Assembly: GCA_016235455.1 (NCBI GenBank)
Contig: JACRKZ010000061.1
Coordinates: forward strand, 1-48,363
From: Armatimonadota bacterium
Lineage (GTDB): Bacteria; Armatimonadota; UBA10988
Direction of reading: 5' to 3'
Length of the DNA stretch: 48,363 nt
Shown here: in pieces, positions 46,977 to 48,363 of the stretch
Layout of the letters: each line of letters begins with the position of its first letter
How positions within the stretch are numbered: the stretch's first letter is position 1
Program-made: the position numbers and the translations under genes
The notes under the pieces: generated by a model
Seen by the model: only the letters and a program-made list of their open reading frames with translations
Told to the model about the DNA's origin: nothing
Database searches by the model: none

Positions 46977-48363
46977 CTACTTCTGCCACCACTTCCAGCG
47001 GAGCGGGTTGAGCGGAATGACGATCTGCCGGCCTCGCCACAGAAGGTCGATGTGCGGTGGCTTCCAGCCACCTGCTTCGGTGGTCCAGCGCGGCTGCCAC
47101 CTGAAGTACTTGCGGATTCGAGTGGCCTTGCGCCAAGGCTTGAGCTTGTTGGCATTGACTGCCTCGCAGGTGGTGTAGCCGGATATGAAGGCCACGTCCA
47201 CGTAGAAGACTCGCCAAGCCCACTTCGAACCGGTGAAACCGGGTTCGTCGCGATAGTCGAGCATCTTGAAGCCTAGTGCCGCCGAGTTGGCCGCGAGCAC
47301 CGTTTCGAATGCGCGCGCGTACTCCTCGATTGACATCTCGCGGAGGCCCTCGCCAACCTCGATCACGGTGGTGATTGGGGACGGGAGGTCGTGCTCTCGG
47401 GACCAGTCGGCCCATGGGGACAGCCCGCTCGGATCCGTTTGCGTGGCCGGCGAGTTCAGCCCATACCCATACGGATGCTCGCCGAGCTCCTGCTCCTCGA
47501 ACGCGACTCGGCTCAGCCAACGCCCCATGCCCGGCATGTAGCCTCGCCCGTCAGTGAGCCGCCCAAGTGGGTCCCACAGGACCGGCGCAGGCCAGCCCTC
47601 CGGCGCAAGCGACACACCAGCCGCGGGCGGCCAGTTCGGGGCCGAGGCCGCTGGCGTGGCCAAGTGCACAAGCGGCGTGGCCGGCGGAGCCATCGGCGGC
47701 GAGAGCGGCAGGGAGTAGGTGACGCTCGGCGGGCAGGGCTCCCCGCTGCCGGCGCCAACCAGGACGATTTCGGCGAAGTGCGGGTTGTTCCTGATGACTG
47801 AGTACCTGACCTGCGGCCCGAGGCCCCTCCGAGCCATCACTCGCCAGATGTCGAGCTTCGCATGGAGGGGAACGCCTGGCAGGAATCCGGGATGCTTGTC
47901 GACGAACCACTCGCTTGGCGGCGCCTCTACCAGGTCGCGCTCGGCATCGAAGACGTCGCCAGCCAGGCGGAAGGACGCCGCCGCGCACTCATCGACCACC
48001 CTCCTGATCCCGGCCTGATCAGCCACACCATGCCGCGCAACACTCGCAACATGACTCTCGGCGACGCAGTACAGGTCCGGCAGCGCCTCGCGCAGCATCG
48101 CGAGGCACGCCTGCGCGTCACGCTGCTGCGACGCGGGCCATCGCCCCTGGTCCATGAGGCAGGAGGCAACTGTCAACGCCAGCGCCGCCGCCGCACGCGG
48201 GGTCCTGATGCGCTTGCCCAGCGCGCATTGCTGAGCAAGCGTGCGCAGCGCGTCCTGCTCGGCGTCATCGATGACGCTGAGATCGAACCCGCGTTGCGCG
48301 AGCAGTGCGTTCACGCGGATATCCAGGACGAATGACTGCACGAGATGGAGTTGCGTCACGCGG
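46977..48363 (-). CDS. 5'-truncated protein with an Rhs-associated core motif and a C-terminal tip (putative polymorphic toxin)
   Basis: Frame is open to the window edge; WDPLG...RGYMPGMGRWLSR...EHPYGYGLNSPATQTDPSGL followed by about 147 aa of unrecognised sequence. Confidence 0.7.
   Translation of the reverse strand, partial: RVTQLHLVQSFVLDIRVNALLAQRGFDLSVIDDAEQDALRTLAQQCALGKRIRTPRAAAALALTVASCLMDQGRWPASQQRDAQACLAMLREALPDLYCVAESHVASVARHGVADQAGIRRVVDECAAASFRLAGDVFDAERDLVEAPPSEWFVDKHPGFLPGVPLHAKLDIWRVMARRGLGPQVRYSVIRNNPHFAEIVLVGAGSGEPCPPSVTYSLPLSPPMAPPATPLVHLATPAASAPNWPPAAGVSLAPEGWPAPVLWDPLGRLTDGRGYMPGMGRWLSRVAFEEQELGEHPYGYGLNSPATQTDPSGLSPWADWSREHDLPSPITTVIEVGEGLREMSIEEYARAFETVLAANSAALGFKMLDYRDEPGFTGSKWAWRVFYVDVAFISGYTTCEAVNANKLKPWRKATRIRKYFRWQPRWTTEAGGWKPPHIDLLWRGRQIVIPLNPLRWKWWQK

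Overview
High-GC bacterial chromosomal window with no rRNA, tRNA, CRISPR or transposase recognised. From left to right it holds three tandem cyclophilin PPIases, queG, a degenerate HD-GYP protein with an AAA ATPase, and a secreted protein of seven ~81-aa repeats ending in a cytochrome c-like domain with a contracted CxCH motif. Next come dat, thrB, an FAD oxidoreductase, DASS and SSS transporters, an orphan gene behind a sigma28-type promoter, a Ycf46-like AAA ATPase and tatA. A ~12.5 kb minus-strand cluster encodes a cytoplasmic group-3 [NiFe]-hydrogenase with a HydABC-like, probably electron-bifurcating, diaphorase. It sits in the DRTGG/CBS-kinase/PHP/HATPase/ferredoxin context usually seen with bifurcating [FeFe]-hydrogenases. 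The right end has secreted beta-helix glycan-active proteins (one frameshifted) and a variable region: a shell-less Rhs-core/C-terminal-tip gene, candidate immunity genes, and a ~2.2 kb block bounded by an 89-bp diverged repeat of a gene start. All calls come from reading motifs by eye; no database searches were run, and start codons are best estimates from RBS and signal-peptide context.
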